Of a stretch of DNA of 20,000 nt, positions 18,148-20,000 are shown one piece after another. Position 1 is the stretch's first letter. Each line of letters starts with the position of its first letter. Position numbers and translations under genes: made by a program. The notes below the pieces were generated by a model. It was not told the DNA's origin. It ran no database searches and saw only the letters and a program-made list of their open reading frames with translations. This stretch comes from Barthelona sp. PAP020 (Eukaryota): assembly GCA_040182905.1 (NCBI GenBank), contig JARQWU010000004.1:45170-65169 (forward strand). The letters run 5' to 3'.

Positions 18148-18459
18148 TTACATATCAAAATCAAAAACTTCAAGTTCACGAGTAACAAGAAATATATCAT
18201 TTGCTGTGGTATCTTCAAACTTTAAAGAGATAAATTCTCTATCGGGAGGAGAAAATGTTTCAGAAGAATTAACGGTCTCTTCACTTTCGTTATCGTTACC
18301 GTAAGGAAGACTAAAGTTTTGAATTGGGGTGCTTCTATCTCTTTCAAAAAAAACAAAAGTTGGACTTCCTAAAATTTTAATTGGAGGTGAATATGGTGTA
18401 AATGTGGAAGAAGAAGAAGAACGAAAAGAAGAAACAATGGGACTAAAAGAAAAAGACAT
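18148..18459 (-). CDS. Small Ser/Thr-Pro-rich hypothetical protein (103 aa)
   Basis: ATG 18459 MSFSFSPIVSS...; locally higher GC than its flanks; ends ELEVFDFDM*. Confidence 0.6.
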   Translation of the reverse strand: MSFSFSPIVSSFRSSSSSTFTPYSPPIKILGSPTFVFFERDRSTPIQNFSLPYGNDNESEETVNSSETFSPPDREFISLKFEDTTANDIFLVTRELEVFDFDM

Positions 18460-18615
18460 AAAAAAAAATAATTGGAGAAGAAAGTAAAATGAAAAGCAAT
18501 TTCCTAGATTAGAAGTCAAAGCATAACCACAATTAAAATTAAAAAGAAATAAGATCATAAATACTTTACAAACAATAGACAATAAAAAAGGTAAAAAAAA
18601 AGAAAATGAAAAAAA

Positions 18616-19590
18616 TTACAAGTCTTCAACTTCAGATTCGATTGACTCAATATCATCAAACAAACTTTCAGACATGATTACAGTTGATTCATTGTTAAAA
18701 TTCGTATTTTTATCAGTGTCAAAAATTTCAGGGTCTACAATAAAAATGTCTTCACCAACAATGTCTTGAATTTTTTTTTTTGTGATCTCCCCAGATTTAT
18801 CTCTCTTTTTCCATTTCAAATGAGATGGACGAATTAATTCTGATAATCTCTTTGCTTCTATTATCGATTGAGCAGTTATTTCATTTGATATTATTGTTTT
18901 CTTTTTGTCTACTTCATTTATATTGTTTTGAATCAGAGTTTGAATTGAATTAAAATCAGCTTCAACTGAATCAAAAAACTTACGGCGTAAAACATCAAAA
19001 CTTTGCTCTTTATTGGTGTCAGGATCATTCAATTTGATAATAGGCTTGAGAACATAGTTGTGATTGACAATATCCCTCAATAATTCTGATCGAGGAAAAT
19101 CAACTGGCTGTGCAAGATCTATCTTTGTGTTTTTCAAAATTTTAACGATATTATCAAAGGCTTCTCTGAATTGAGTTTGATCTTCATTTGCAACAAAATT
19201 CAGTCCAAAACTCTTTCCAAAAGGGTCTTGTAACTTAATGAAATGGTCAGCCTCAACAGAATACTTTGTGTCAGGACTGATGGGGGTGTACCAAACAATT
19301 TCACCACTTTCAAAACTCTTTACAAAAAATCTTCCCCTTCTAAATCTTTCTTCAAATATTATTGTACCTTGACATATCCCTGAATACGCTAAATCCCAAG
19401 TTTGTTCTCTTCGATTCAATTTAAATAAACCAATTTCTGAATTGTGTAAAATCTTTGCATATGTATCTTTTTCTGCTTTTTTTTTTCTTTTCTTCACTTT
19501 AAAAGTCGATTCTTGCACCCCAGAGCCCAAAGTAGAACGATATCGAAAAGTTTCATGTTCAAGACTCCATCCAGACCTTCTATTTCCCAT
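18616..19590 (-). CDS. WH1/EVH1 (PH-like) domain protein
   Basis: LFKLNRREQTW...IVWYTPI....KY......F....D..GKSFGLNFVANEDQTQFREAF matches the EVH1/WH1 signature (W...YGLNF.S..EA..F); 324 aa with an acidic C-terminus. Confidence 0.75.
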   Translation of the reverse strand: MGNRRSGWSLEHETFRYRSTLGSGVQESTFKVKKRKKKAEKDTYAKILHNSEIGLFKLNRREQTWDLAYSGICQGTIIFEERFRRGRFFVKSFESGEIVWYTPISPDTKYSVEADHFIKLQDPFGKSFGLNFVANEDQTQFREAFDNIVKILKNTKIDLAQPVDFPRSELLRDIVNHNYVLKPIIKLNDPDTNKEQSFDVLRRKFFDSVEADFNSIQTLIQNNINEVDKKKTIISNEITAQSIIEAKRLSELIRPSHLKWKKRDKSGEITKKKIQDIVGEDIFIVDPEIFDTDKNTNFNNESTVIMSESLFDDIESIESEVEDL

Positions 19591-19898
19591 AAATTTAATT
19601 TAATTATTTGTTTAATCAATTAATAACACAATTGAATAAAAATAAGTTCCAAATCAAAAAAAAAATTTTTCTCCTTTTCAATTTTTTTAAACTCACTTTT
19701 TGCATTATTTATGGGATAAAGACAATTACAGGGGATGGAAAGATCAATTTAAAAAAAAAAATTTCATTAAAATGGAAAAGAATTAACTTTTCAAAAAAGA
19801 TAATTTATAATGGAAAAATAAAGGAAAAATACAAGCTTAAACTATAACAAAGCACAAGAAATATACTTTCTCATGGCTATTATAAAAAAACTTAAAAA

Positions 19899-20000
19899 CT
19901 AATCCCAACATAATCTGAAGGTATCTTTTGGCTTATAAGGGGAAGCTCTTGCGACATTAGCAAACTTTTTGGGATCAAATTGATTTGTTAAAGTGGCCAT
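19899..20000 (-). CDS. Probable 3' end of a gene continuing beyond the right edge
   Basis: Open frame ...MATLTNQFDPKKFANVARASPYKPKDTFRLCWD* ends at TAG 19899-19901, with coding-like GC content relative to the adjacent A-rich spacer. Confidence 0.55.
   Translation of the reverse strand: MATLTNQFDPKKFANVARASPYKPKDTFRLCWD

Noticed and set aside
19608..19847. 79-aa + strand ORF
   Set aside because: TTG start and K/I/F/N composition from homopolymer runs; intergenic/UTR sequence.

Overview
AT-rich, very gene-dense, intron-poor eukaryotic (protist-like) nuclear DNA read with the standard code (TAA, TAG and TGA all end recognisable proteins). The organism is probably flagellated, since the left 3.5 kb encode the N-terminus of an axonemal inner-arm dynein heavy chain (DNAH1-like) that the ORF track missed. 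Left to right: dynein HC (-), Plus3/AT-hook/HTH protein (+), secreted CLN5-like protein (+), LMW-PTP (+), U-box-coiled-coil-TPR protein (-), SPT4 (+), small TM/EF-hand gene across an assembly gap (-), REI1/ZNF622 with one 44-nt intron (-), VMA21-like (-), ~1780-aa multi-TM DEK1-like calpain (-), LSM4 (-), ENT-domain protein (+), possible cryptic gene fragments (+), small S/T-P-rich protein (-), WH1/EVH1 protein (-) and the 3' end of another gene (-). No tRNA, rRNA, CRISPR or mobile element was recognised. The most notable observations are two apparent pseudoenzymes (CLN5-like Cys->Gly; membrane calpain lacking the triad), two unusual domain architectures (Plus3+AT-hook+HTH; inverted CHIP-like U-box-TPR), a 43-bp bidirectional intergenic region and an intron with an A-tract between branch point and AG. 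All family calls rest on motifs recalled from memory; no searches were run.
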